A model generated the notes under the pieces. It saw only the letters and a list, made by a program, of their open reading frames with translations. It made no database searches and was not told where the DNA came from. From a virus (lineage: Duplodnaviria > Caudoviricetes): a DNA stretch of 64,000 nucleotides. Below, piece after piece: positions 55,085-64,000 of this stretch. The stretch covers positions 1 to 64,000 of IMG/VR virus record IMGVR_UViG_3300043013_000026. One strand, given 5' to 3'. Position 1 is the first letter of the stretch, and each line of letters starts with the position of its first letter. The translations under genes were made by a program, and so were the position numbers.

Positions 55085-56494
55085 ATGATGGATCAAGACA
55101 ACGCACGTTCAATCTTCAGCGTGTTTGCCGCCTCTCAAGAAACATTCGAGGAAGCAAAAAAGAAGAGCAGTGAAGAAAGTAGAAAGAAAGCCTCATTCTT
55201 CCGTTTTGCCAAAGATGGCACTTACAGTATTCGTATTCTCCCCCTTGCACCGGTTATGGACAAGGATGGCAATTTCCTTCCTTTGGACCGTAAGGGCTAC
55301 GAATATCCCCTCCGTTCTCTGATGCTCAAGATTGAGAACAACAAGAAGCTCATCAAGGGCAAACCCGAAATCCACTACGTTACAGTCTGCAACGCTAAGT
55401 ACGCCTTCAAAGACATTGAAGCAGACCTTATCGACACCTATGTATCAACCGCATGTGAGCAATACGCCGACGATGAAGCTCTTTGCAAAAAACTCCGCGA
55501 GGGCAGTTTCTCAGGTGGCCTCAAATGGGATTCACGTCGCTGCATGTACATTATTGACCTCGACAATGTAGGTGACGGTATCCAAATCCTTCAACTTTCC
55601 TACTCTCAGTACAAGGACCTGGAAGAACGCAAGCTCAACCTTTGGGGCAAGCTCAACAAGAATGGCAAAAACGTCCCCTGTCCTATCTCGTCAATCGACG
55701 CTGCTTATCCGGTCGAAATTATCCGCAAGACTGAAAATGGCAAAGCAAGCTACAGCTTTAACATTGACACTGTAGCCGACAAGCATATCCTCGAAGAAAC
55801 AACCCTTCAGAACCTGCTTGACATGCCTCGCCTGCCGGAGCAAATCTATCGCTACACTCGCTATCACCTCGAAGCTACTGTTGCATATCTCACCCAGTTG
55901 GATGAGAAATTCGACATCGACGTTGTAAACACTGACGCGGTTCAGAATTGCATCGCTCAAATCAAGCTTCTTCTCCCTGCTGACGACCAATCTCACTTCA
56001 CTCTTGGCGACAAGGATGGTGACGACTCAGACGCAAATGCCAACGACATCGACTCGCTCTGGAAACGTTACGATGAACTCGTAGCTGCTGACCTCGATGA
56101 CCAGACCGCAGAAGGTCAGGAACTCCGCACTGCAATCTTGGCGTTCATCGACGCTAACGGTCTTGAGGTTAAGGTTGGTCGCAAGAAAACCAATGAGGAC
56201 ATCCTCAACGAAATCGAAGACGAGTTGGCTGCTATTGCCGATGAAGCAGATGAGGACGAGGAACCCGCTAAGCCTGCTTCAAAGCGCAAGCCTGAGCCCG
56301 AACCTGAAGCTGATGATGATGAAGACGATGACGAGCCTGAAACACCAGCTGACGAACCAGAAGACGATGAAGATGATGAGCCGGAGGAACAACCGGAACA
56401 CACATCTCGCCGTCGCAGCCGCAACGATGACACTAACGAACCTGCTGTTCGTGGAAGCCGCCGTGGAGCTCGTCCTCCTCGCCGCCGTGACTAA
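55085..56494 (+). CDS. Putative single-stranded DNA-binding protein (gp32-like) with acidic tail
   Basis: FFRFAKDGTYSIRILP N-terminal motif, D/E-rich C-terminus, replication-operon context. Confidence 0.6.
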   Translation: MMDQDNARSIFSVFAASQETFEEAKKKSSEESRKKASFFRFAKDGTYSIRILPLAPVMDKDGNFLPLDRKGYEYPLRSLMLKIENNKKLIKGKPEIHYVTVCNAKYAFKDIEADLIDTYVSTACEQYADDEALCKKLREGSFSGGLKWDSRRCMYIIDLDNVGDGIQILQLSYSQYKDLEERKLNLWGKLNKNGKNVPCPISSIDAAYPVEIIRKTENGKASYSFNIDTVADKHILEETTLQNLLDMPRLPEQIYRYTRYHLEATVAYLTQLDEKFDIDVVNTDAVQNCIAQIKLLLPADDQSHFTLGDKDGDDSDANANDIDSLWKRYDELVAADLDDQTAEGQELRTAILAFIDANGLEVKVGRKKTNEDILNEIEDELAAIADEADEDEEPAKPASKRKPEPEPEADDDEDDDEPETPADEPEDDEDDEPEEQPEHTSRRRSRNDDTNEPAVRGSRRGARPPRRRD

Positions 56495-56511
56495 TCTCAA
56501 CATCACTAATT

Positions 56512-56547
56512 AAAATGTTCGCCCAGTATTGTCTGGGCGGGCATTTT
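56512..56547 (+). terminator. Terminator/attenuator after SSB gene
   Basis: AAAATGTTCGCCCAG / CTGGGCGGGCATTTT. Confidence 0.65.
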
Positions 56548-56565
56548 CCTAACATCCTCTACATT

Positions 56566-57615
56566 ATGTTGAAATGCTTTCCATGTGCGTTGTTGATAAA
56601 TGACATTCACGTCAGCAAGGACAATATCGCAGAGTTCCATAAAAACTGGGATGAAGCACTTGAGATTTGCAAGGCTAATAAAATCCAATACTTGATTGTT
56701 GGTGGCGATATGTGGCTCTCACGTAGTGCGCAAACATTGGCAACGCTTATTGCCGTCAGAGATGCAATCCTGAAGGCAACCAAAATATATGACTTGTATG
56801 TGGTTATTGCAAATGGCAATCACTGCAAGGTTAATCAGGAAGATATTGCAGGCTATAGTCATATCTTCTCAGACTACGAATCGGTCGAAGTGGTAAACGA
56901 GTTTACTTCGATTGAACTTTCGGACTCTACTTCAATATGGATTATGAGCTACTTCCCTGAGAATGGTTCGTTCATCCAGCATTATGAAGCGGTTAAAGCC
57001 CATCTTGAAGGACACCGCAGCGCTTATAATGTCTTATATATCCATGAAGGCATTAGAGGTGGCTTAGCAACACCCAGTGATGATGAGCTACCGGCTAATT
57101 TGTTTAGCGATTTTGATGCTACTTTTGTAGGCCATTACCACAATCGTAAACGAGTACCAGGCACCAACATCGAATATATTGGCGCTTCTCGTCAGCACAA
57201 TTTTGGCGAAGATGAGGAAAAAGGCTACACCATACTTAATTCAGACGGTTCGATTAAGTTTATCAAGAACGAGGTCAACCAGCGCTATCTCGTTCTTGAG
57301 GTCGATATTGCAGATATGGACGATGACTTTATGGCTCGTTTAGCAGAAATCAAAGCAGACAGCCGATACAAGGTCAAAGTACGTATCAAATGTGACTCAG
57401 CTCAGTCATCTTCTGTCAATAAGCAAAAGCTGGCAGAATGTGGCGCAAATAAAATTGAGCTTGTGACAGAGCAAACCGAAGTGATGAACGCAAATCATCA
57501 AGCCATCACTCAGAAGTTTGACAAGTCCGGCATTAAAGAGGAGTACACTAATTTTTGTGCTCAGAAATCAATCGACAATCAACTGGGACTCCATTATCTC
57601 GAAAAACTGAATTAA
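56566..57615 (+). CDS. SbcD/Mre11-like metallophosphoesterase nuclease
   Basis: DIH, GGD, GNH, HE, GHYH motifs. Confidence 0.85.
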   Translation: MLKCFPCALLINDIHVSKDNIAEFHKNWDEALEICKANKIQYLIVGGDMWLSRSAQTLATLIAVRDAILKATKIYDLYVVIANGNHCKVNQEDIAGYSHIFSDYESVEVVNEFTSIELSDSTSIWIMSYFPENGSFIQHYEAVKAHLEGHRSAYNVLYIHEGIRGGLATPSDDELPANLFSDFDATFVGHYHNRKRVPGTNIEYIGASRQHNFGEDEEKGYTILNSDGSIKFIKNEVNQRYLVLEVDIADMDDDFMARLAEIKADSRYKVKVRIKCDSAQSSSVNKQKLAECGANKIELVTEQTEVMNANHQAITQKFDKSGIKEEYTNFCAQKSIDNQLGLHYLEKLN

Positions 57616-57617
57616 GT

Positions 57618-59954
57618 ATGTGGCACTTGAAATCCATTCACGCTAACAATCTGTGCTCTTTCCTGGAGATGGATTATACTCTCAAGCAAGGAGAGGCAAC
57701 ACTTATCTTTGGTAACAACTTGGATAGCGATTCCCAGAACTCTAATGGCTCTGGTAAATCAGCCCTTATTGAAGCCATCGCTATCGCATTGACCGGTGAG
57801 CCTTTGCGCAAGGTCAATGTCGATGAAATTATTAACGATACACAGGACGAAGCAGCGATTTCTGCCGTTCTGACCAATGACATACTGGGAGAGCAAATGA
57901 CTATCAATCGCAAGCTCTCTCGTAAACAGCCTCAACTCATCCAAATTCTCAAGCAAACCGGAGAATTTGATAGCGAGGTTGAAGAAATTAGTCAAGCTAC
58001 TGTTGCGGACTACAACAAGTATATTCTCGATCAACTTGGTTTGACTAAAGACGATATATTTGCGAACTTCATCCTGACTGCTCGCAAATACAAATCTTTT
58101 CTCTCCAGCTCTGACAAGGAGAAGAAAGAGATTATCAACCGCTTCAGCAACGGCGTATTGGTAGATGAGTCTATCGAAGAACTTCATACCGATATGGCGC
58201 CGGTCCAAGAGGAATTGAACAAAGCTGAAAAAGAGGTAGCCACATGCACAGGTAGAGTTGAGGCTCTTGCAGGTGAGATTGAAAAGACTATCAACGAGTC
58301 AGCGGAACGTAAAGCTACTAACGCTTCCAGAATCAAAAACTGGGAGGACGCTATTGTTGCAAAGCGTTCAGAAATTCGCTCTGTATCGGACAATATCGCT
58401 AAGGTCGAAGATAGTTTAGATTTGCTCGACGCTCTTGATAAAGCCATGCAAAAATTAGAGAAAGGCAAATCTGATGCTAACGAGGCTCTTGAAACAATCA
58501 ACGAGCAATTCAAAGCAAATGATTTGGCTTTGACTACCGATTATGCTCGTGAAATTGTTGTTCTCCACTCTCAGTACGAGCAAGCTCAAAAGACTGTTGA
58601 AGAAGCCAACCAAGAGGTTGAAAAGCTTCAAACTGCTTTGAAAGACGCTGAGAAGGAGCGTGACCAAGCTCTTAAAACTCTCAACGCAAAGTTCAATAAG
58701 AACAAAAAAGACAGTGAAGATTGTGCCAGCAGTCTATCTAAGCTTTCTACTGAGGTGCGTGAGCTTCAGAAAAAAGCGGATGATTTAACTGCTGAGCGCA
58801 CATCTACAAAAAATCTGTGCATGACGCTTTCAAACCAATTAGCCGGCGTTATTGAGTGTCCGAAATGTAAGCATGAGTTTATACTCAACTCTCAGCTTGA
58901 TGTTACAGACGCTCGCCATAAACTCGACACTCTCCAAGAAGCCTTGCGTCAAATCGCAAACAAGATTGAAGAGAATGAGGCAAAGTATAACAAAGTTGTG
59001 GCTGATGGCAAGAAACAACGTGAAGCAGAAGTTACTCTTGACGAAGAACGTCGCGCTCTTAACCAAGAAAGTCGCGACATCGCTGCTAAATATGAGGCTG
59101 CTGCTAACAAATGCGATGATTGTTCCAAGAAGGTTGAGCAGATCAGCGCAAGCTTGAAAGACGTTCAAAACAAGATTTCGAGAATCCGCAAACGTATTTT
59201 TGACGATGTGTTTGAAGTGATTGACGAAGCTTACAAACGTCGTGAGGCTGCTATCAAATCGTATGAGGAAGACATTGAAACTCTAAAAGGCTCTATCTCA
59301 TCGTTTGAGAACGCCATCCAGCAAGCTAAGAGTGCATCTGAAGAAGATATGCTCATCTCTCTCAAAGAAAGTCAAGAACAATACCAAAAGGAGCTTCAGA
59401 CCGCTATCCAAGTTAAGAATGAGGTAGAAGGTCGCTTGAGTGAATTGCAAGCTCAGGAAGCCACTTTTGTAGAGTTCAAAACTTATCTTGCAAATACAAA
59501 AATCAATGCCATCTCCCAGATAACCAACGAGTTCCTGGAGACCATTGGCAGCGACATACGAGTTGCGTTGTCCGGATACACAGTGCTTAAATCCGGCAAA
59601 GTGCGTGACAAAATTTCCGTATCACTTTTACGTGACGGTGTGGACTGCGGTTCATTTGAAAAGTTCTCAGCTGGAGAACGAGTACGAGTTGAACTTGCAA
59701 GTATCCTAAGCATGAACCAGTTGACGAATATGAACTGCGAAGATGGGAAGGGCTTGGACCTTCTTATCGCTGATGAAGTTCTTGATAGTGCCGACGAGCA
59801 AGGTCTCGCCAGTGTATTCAAAGCACTTAATAAAACACAGCTCACTTCATTAGTGGTTAGCCACGGTTTGACAAACGAAGGCTACCCCAACAAAATTACT
59901 GTAGTTAAAAGTAATGGGGTATCCTCTATTTATGAAACCAATCACATCATCTGA
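57618..59954 (+). CDS. SbcC/Rad50-like SMC ATPase
   Basis: Walker A NGSGKS, coiled coils with CPKC zinc hook, FSAGE signature, Walker B IADEVLD. Confidence 0.9.
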   Translation: MWHLKSIHANNLCSFLEMDYTLKQGEATLIFGNNLDSDSQNSNGSGKSALIEAIAIALTGEPLRKVNVDEIINDTQDEAAISAVLTNDILGEQMTINRKLSRKQPQLIQILKQTGEFDSEVEEISQATVADYNKYILDQLGLTKDDIFANFILTARKYKSFLSSSDKEKKEIINRFSNGVLVDESIEELHTDMAPVQEELNKAEKEVATCTGRVEALAGEIEKTINESAERKATNASRIKNWEDAIVAKRSEIRSVSDNIAKVEDSLDLLDALDKAMQKLEKGKSDANEALETINEQFKANDLALTTDYAREIVVLHSQYEQAQKTVEEANQEVEKLQTALKDAEKERDQALKTLNAKFNKNKKDSEDCASSLSKLSTEVRELQKKADDLTAERTSTKNLCMTLSNQLAGVIECPKCKHEFILNSQLDVTDARHKLDTLQEALRQIANKIEENEAKYNKVVADGKKQREAEVTLDEERRALNQESRDIAAKYEAAANKCDDCSKKVEQISASLKDVQNKISRIRKRIFDDVFEVIDEAYKRREAAIKSYEEDIETLKGSISSFENAIQQAKSASEEDMLISLKESQEQYQKELQTAIQVKNEVEGRLSELQAQEATFVEFKTYLANTKINAISQITNEFLETIGSDIRVALSGYTVLKSGKVRDKISVSLLRDGVDCGSFEKFSAGERVRVELASILSMNQLTNMNCEDGKGLDLLIADEVLDSADEQGLASVFKALNKTQLTSLVVSHGLTNEGYPNKITVVKSNGVSSIYETNHII

Positions 59955-60414
59955 ACGATTAAATCGAAACCAAGTTGCAGCCCTGGACATCGCAACTCAC
60001 ACAGGATTTTTCTGCTTAAATGAGCGAGGTACTTGGGATTTCACCGAGTCCATGCGTCGCAACAACAATAAGCAACACAAAGCCTTTCGTGACACCTTAA
60101 TTGATTTTATTCAACGCAATGACATCAAACAAATAGTCGCCGAAGACGTTAGTGTAAACAATCATTTCACAGACACCAGAAAACTGTCTGAATTTCGTGG
60201 AATTTTATTCGAGGTGTGCGACACTCTCGATCTTCCGGAGCCTGTCTTTATTAATCCTATGACTGTCAAAAAGTTTGCCACTGGAGATGGTCACGCTAAG
60301 AAGGACAAGATGATTCAATTCTGTAAGCTCCGATGGCAAATTGAGCCCGGCGACGACAACGAGGCCGACGCAATACACATATTCTTTTGTTACATCAAGC
60401 GTTTTAACCTCTGA
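59932..60414 (+). CDS. RuvC-like Holliday junction resolvase
   Basis: ALDIATHTG, VAED, TVKKFATGDGHAKK, DNEADA. Confidence 0.85.
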   Translation: MKPITSSERLNRNQVAALDIATHTGFFCLNERGTWDFTESMRRNNNKQHKAFRDTLIDFIQRNDIKQIVAEDVSVNNHFTDTRKLSEFRGILFEVCDTLDLPEPVFINPMTVKKFATGDGHAKKDKMIQFCKLRWQIEPGDDNEADAIHIFFCYIKRFNL

Positions 60415-60418
60415 AATC

Positions 60419-60700
60419 ATGCAACGACCAATCACGAATCACAGTGTTTCACCGGTACCATCGAAAGAAGTAAAGAAGCATAAGAAAGCTCTAAATGCTC
60501 ATCTGAAGGAATTTTTTAAGCTACTTGACTCTCGTCCCAAACCGACCACAGAGACAATCCGAGCTGAGTTCATAAGACATGAAGCGGAGTGGCATCTCTA
60601 CTGCGCTAAGCATCGTCTTGGGGCACGTTTAGCAGAGTTGTTCAACGCTAACGTGTCGCTCGAATGGGAACGAAAGTACACTGCCCAACAGAACCAGTAA
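60419..60700 (+). CDS. Hypothetical protein, 93 aa
   Basis: Operon packing; start MQRPIT. Confidence 0.6.
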   Translation: MQRPITNHSVSPVPSKEVKKHKKALNAHLKEFFKLLDSRPKPTTETIRAEFIRHEAEWHLYCAKHRLGARLAELFNANVSLEWERKYTAQQNQ

Positions 60701-61317
60701 CTGATCCGGAGAGTGACCCCGAAGTAATTGCTCGCAGGACAGCGCTATTTAACAAGTACATCACGCCATTCATCAACATGATATTTAAGCTTGTTGTGCG
60801 ATATTCAAATAGCCCTGATAACGTTGAAGAAAACTATTCTGAGGTGTTGGTAAATTTCTATCGTTACATTGAAACTTACGACCCCAGTCGTCCGATTAGA
60901 ACGTGGATTCACATTTGCGTTAAACGACAGGTTTTTGCCTGTGAACGCCAGCGTCAAGCCCACAATAATAAGGACTACGACAACGACATTGAGGATTACG
61001 AGGAAGAACTCTTTGCTGATGACCACATCAGCAGTAATATGCTTGGTGTGGATAACTGGAGAGAGCTATACAGTGCAGACATAGTTTCAGTGCTGGATGA
61101 ACTCAAACCACGTCATCGGGATGCTCTAATTCTGCAAGAAGCAGGATACTCTCTAAAGGAAATTGCGGAGATTGAATATGCTAAAGGTTCACTAAAAACT
61201 CCGAACATCGAAACGATTAAAAGCCGACTTAGATTGGCCCGACAACACTTAAAAAACAATATCACAAGAGATGGTAAACGAATACCTCGTCAAGCAGACG
61301 CTGAAGATGTTCCATGA
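60664..61317 (+). CDS. ECF-type RNA polymerase sigma factor
   Basis: Region 2 (YDPSRPIRTWIH) and region 4 (L..RHRDALIL..GYSLKEIAE...TIKSRLRLAR). Confidence 0.85.
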   Translation: MGTKVHCPTEPVTDPESDPEVIARRTALFNKYITPFINMIFKLVVRYSNSPDNVEENYSEVLVNFYRYIETYDPSRPIRTWIHICVKRQVFACERQRQAHNNKDYDNDIEDYEEELFADDHISSNMLGVDNWRELYSADIVSVLDELKPRHRDALILQEAGYSLKEIAEIEYAKGSLKTPNIETIKSRLRLARQHLKNNITRDGKRIPRQADAEDVP

Positions 61318-61858
61318 GATTGCGTCTAAGCTTATCCACCCAGGTTACAAGCTCCCCCAAGGCGGGGAGCCAACCAGGGTGATACGCACGGCATTGCAAC
61401 GATTGGAAAAACAATATGGGGCGCTTACAGGACAGCGTATCGTGGACTACGTGATATGTTCGGCTCATGCTTTCAAAGACCGTGGGTCTAATTGGAAGCT
61501 GAACCAAGTGTTCGGACCGAAATCTATGGAACGGTTCAACACCGATAAGGGGCGTGTCTATTACGAGAATAAATGGCTGAGCGGCGCAGATTTGAGCCGC
61601 AACGATTTATTGTCGATGATAGTGGACCGCAGCGAACATCCGAAAGCAAAGTACGTCTTGGTTCCCAGTGAAGAAGGGACAAAGATGAGATTGCTCAACC
61701 GCGAAGTAGGATTTGTCATTTGCCAGACTTCTACTTTAGGTTGGTCTCCGCTTTCTGAGGCTTGTTCCCAGTGCAATTTTATAGAAAAATGTAAAGAAGA
61801 AACGCAAAAAAAATTCCCGGAGATATACCGGTTAAGAACAGAATATGTCAGCAAGTAA
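61271..61858 (+). CDS. Hypothetical protein with C-terminal Cys cluster
   Basis: C...CSQC...C motif; directly before helicase. Confidence 0.65.
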   Translation: MVNEYLVKQTLKMFHEIASKLIHPGYKLPQGGEPTRVIRTALQRLEKQYGALTGQRIVDYVICSAHAFKDRGSNWKLNQVFGPKSMERFNTDKGRVYYENKWLSGADLSRNDLLSMIVDRSEHPKAKYVLVPSEEGTKMRLLNREVGFVICQTSTLGWSPLSEACSQCNFIEKCKEETQKKFPEIYRLRTEYVSK

Positions 61859-63191
61859 TAAAACAAACGTACTATCAGAGGCTTTCATCGAAGACTTGTT
61901 CATCACATGTATCGAGGATAGCTACATTCTTTCAATGGTATGTGAGTATCTGGAGGAGGAACATCTTCCTGACAGAAATACAGCTGCTGTTTTGAAGGCT
62001 TTTAAGGACTACTATAGGGAGTATCGCCGTGTTCCCAACTACTCTATCATCCAGCAAAAACTGGCTGGTAAGAATGGTGCTCTCAGGTTCTGGAAGGAAG
62101 CGTATGATGATGGAGAAGCGTTTGATACCGATGAATGTCTTGGATTGCTGGAAGAATATTTGAAACGAGTTGAATTTCAGAAGGTATATAAGAAAGCCGG
62201 CGAAATTTACAACCGTGACGGACTTGAAAATGCTCAGACAGAACTATCTAAATACATTGATTGGGTTCGCACATTTTCATTAACAGAATCGACATTTACC
62301 GATGTGATTAACACGTTTACATCACGTCACATTCAAAATAGAGCTAAGAATAATGCTCGCGGTGCAATCAGGGCAATTACCAGATTCTACATCGACGAGC
62401 TCGATCATCTCAATCAAGACCGTGACTTGCGTGGTCAGCTCTCTTGCATACTTGCCCCGACCGGCGTAGGTAAGAGTCACGCATCACGATGGATTGGGTC
62501 TCAGGCATGTATCGACGGATTTAACGTACTGCATTTCCAGCTGGAAGGTAGCCGTGAGGAAGTTGAAAATGCCTACTCCGCAGCGCTCGTAGCCTGTAAC
62601 GCTTATAGTTATGAGAAAGGCTTTATCAAGGATAAGGATATGGACGAGTTCGCTAAGGAGATTGAAGATATTGCCGGCAAGTTGTTCGTGCGCAGTTATC
62701 CTAAATTTAACCAGCATGTATCGACTATCAATATCAAGGAAGCCATTGCAGAGTTCCGCAAGAACTACAATGTGAAGCCCGACATCATTATCATAGACTC
62801 GATGGACCTGCTTACGGACTCATCAGGTCGCAAATATGGTGATAGCGGTGAGCGTTTGAAACGTATTGCAGTTGCCAATGACCTTAAAGATATTGCCAGC
62901 GAGGAAGAAGTCTGGGTGGTGACAACATATCAGGCCCGTATCGAAAATCCTGATTGGGTTAATGATGAGAAAAATGTATTGACTGAGTATTCTTCATCAG
63001 AGGCAAAAGGTATTGCTCAGCCGATGACTCACCTCATCACGCTTAACCAGTCAGCTAACGAGCGCAGAGAAAAGACCATGCGTATTCACATAGCAAAGAG
63101 CCGTTTCTTCACGAAAGGAGATACGTTCAAAATTGCTACCGATTACGACCACGAGAGATTTTTTGACCGTCAACGAACCGCTAACTTATAA
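61845..63191 (+). CDS. DnaB/gp41-like replicative helicase
   Basis: APTGVGKS Walker A, QLE, IIIDSMDLL, TYQ, HIAKSR. Confidence 0.85.
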   Translation: MSASNKTNVLSEAFIEDLFITCIEDSYILSMVCEYLEEEHLPDRNTAAVLKAFKDYYREYRRVPNYSIIQQKLAGKNGALRFWKEAYDDGEAFDTDECLGLLEEYLKRVEFQKVYKKAGEIYNRDGLENAQTELSKYIDWVRTFSLTESTFTDVINTFTSRHIQNRAKNNARGAIRAITRFYIDELDHLNQDRDLRGQLSCILAPTGVGKSHASRWIGSQACIDGFNVLHFQLEGSREEVENAYSAALVACNAYSYEKGFIKDKDMDEFAKEIEDIAGKLFVRSYPKFNQHVSTINIKEAIAEFRKNYNVKPDIIIIDSMDLLTDSSGRKYGDSGERLKRIAVANDLKDIASEEEVWVVTTYQARIENPDWVNDEKNVLTEYSSSEAKGIAQPMTHLITLNQSANERREKTMRIHIAKSRFFTKGDTFKIATDYDHERFFDRQRTANL

Positions 63192-63202
63192 AGACAAGGC
63201 TT

Positions 63203-64000
63203 ATGTACATTAGTAAGGAAGAAAAGGATTACTTAATACGTGAGCTCCAAGTAGAGCTTCACGCAAGGTTAGATGGCGGTCGTAAGAACCTTATTGTGCC
63301 TGAGTGTCCTTATTGTGGCAAATCAGGAGGCAAGTTCGGCATCTACGTCGGTCCTGAAAAAAACAACAAGATATTCGGCATGGGGCATTGCTTTTCATGC
63401 GGTCATACTTGCAAAGACCTCAATCGTTTACTTGAGGATATTGGTCGCCCGGATTTGCAAATCAAGGAAACCGCTCAGTTTACACCGATAGAAGTACCGG
63501 AGTTTTTCGGACTGGAAGAAGATGAGATTGACGATGAGCTTGCAGTGATAGAAATGCCTGAGTCATGGAAACGCTGCTATAAAAATCCATATCTTAAATC
63601 TCGTGGCTTTACGGTTGATGATTACGCTTACTTCCCAGTTGGCACTACTCGTGGACTGAACTTCAAATTTGACAATTATGTGATATTCCCTATCTATGAC
63701 AACAACGACATTGTAGGCTATGTTGCACGCCATACTTGGAGCAAGGATGAGATTGATGCCCATAACGTGAAAGCAAAACTGAACGGTAAGTATCAAATTC
63801 GTCGCTATAATAACAGTATTGAGAACGATTTCGTCAAGCTACTCTACAATTATGACGCGGTTATCGAAGATGAAACCGACACCGTAATCTTGGTAGAAGG
63901 TGTGTTCGATGTTATCGCTCTCACACGAAAACTGGAGTTGTACGACAATCATCGAATTGTTCCGGTATGCACATTCGGAAAGAAGATTAGTGACACCCAG
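63203..64000 (+). CDS. DNA primase (Zn finger + TOPRIM), truncated by window end; not in ORF track
   Basis: MYISKEEK...CPYC...CFSC Zn finger, YLKSRG, IFPIYD, LYNYD, VILVEGVFD. Confidence 0.85.
   Translation, partial: MYISKEEKDYLIRELQVELHARLDGGRKNLIVPECPYCGKSGGKFGIYVGPEKNNKIFGMGHCFSCGHTCKDLNRLLEDIGRPDLQIKETAQFTPIEVPEFFGLEEDEIDDELAVIEMPESWKRCYKNPYLKSRGFTVDDYAYFPVGTTRGLNFKFDNYVIFPIYDNNDIVGYVARHTWSKDEIDAHNVKAKLNGKYQIRRYNNSIENDFVKLLYNYDAVIEDETDTVILVEGVFDVIALTRKLELYDNHRIVPVCTFGKKISDTQ

Noticed and set aside
52113-63191. Inteins or introns in RNR and helicase
   Set aside because: Lengths and motif spacing are normal; no splicing motifs seen
10766-64000. Stop-codon reassignment as in some gut phages
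   Set aside because: Genes are full length in the standard code and TAA, TAG and TGA all end genes

Overview
A 64-kb segment of a large contractile-tailed (myovirus-like) bacteriophage infecting a Bacteroidota host (TAnnTTTG promoters, Bacteroidales-type gene families), standard genetic code. Left to right: (i) about 1.5 kb of non-coding DNA with a 76-bp tandem repeat, an alternating purine-pyrimidine tract, nested inverted repeats and phased A/T tracts; (ii) a leftward early block with a putative replication initiator carrying 11 palindromic iteron-like repeats inside its own ORF, a minimal tyrosine recombinase, NAD-dependent ligase, dUTPase and small DNA-binding proteins; (iii) a ~40-kb rightward morphogenesis block (portal, gpF-like, ClpP-like protease, capsid, sheath, tube, chaperone, tape measure, baseplate, fibres) containing a complete diversity-generating retroelement (2.2-kaa target with VR, hairpin, Avd, TR, RT); (iv) nucleotide metabolism and replication/recombination genes (ThyX-like, class II RNR, SSB, SbcCD-like, RuvC-like, ECF sigma, helicase, primase running off the end). 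Most notable beyond routine annotation: a well-formed -1 frameshift signal that would fuse the portal to the gpF-like head protein, a second one in the tail chaperone, a DGR whose TR lies in-frame inside the RT ORF and whose VR is heavily A-to-T/aromatic biased, a symmetric iteron array, and a candidate late-promoter motif for the phage sigma factor. No terminase, lysis genes, tRNAs or CRISPR arrays were recognised in the window. All protein calls are from motif recognition and synteny, not database searches.
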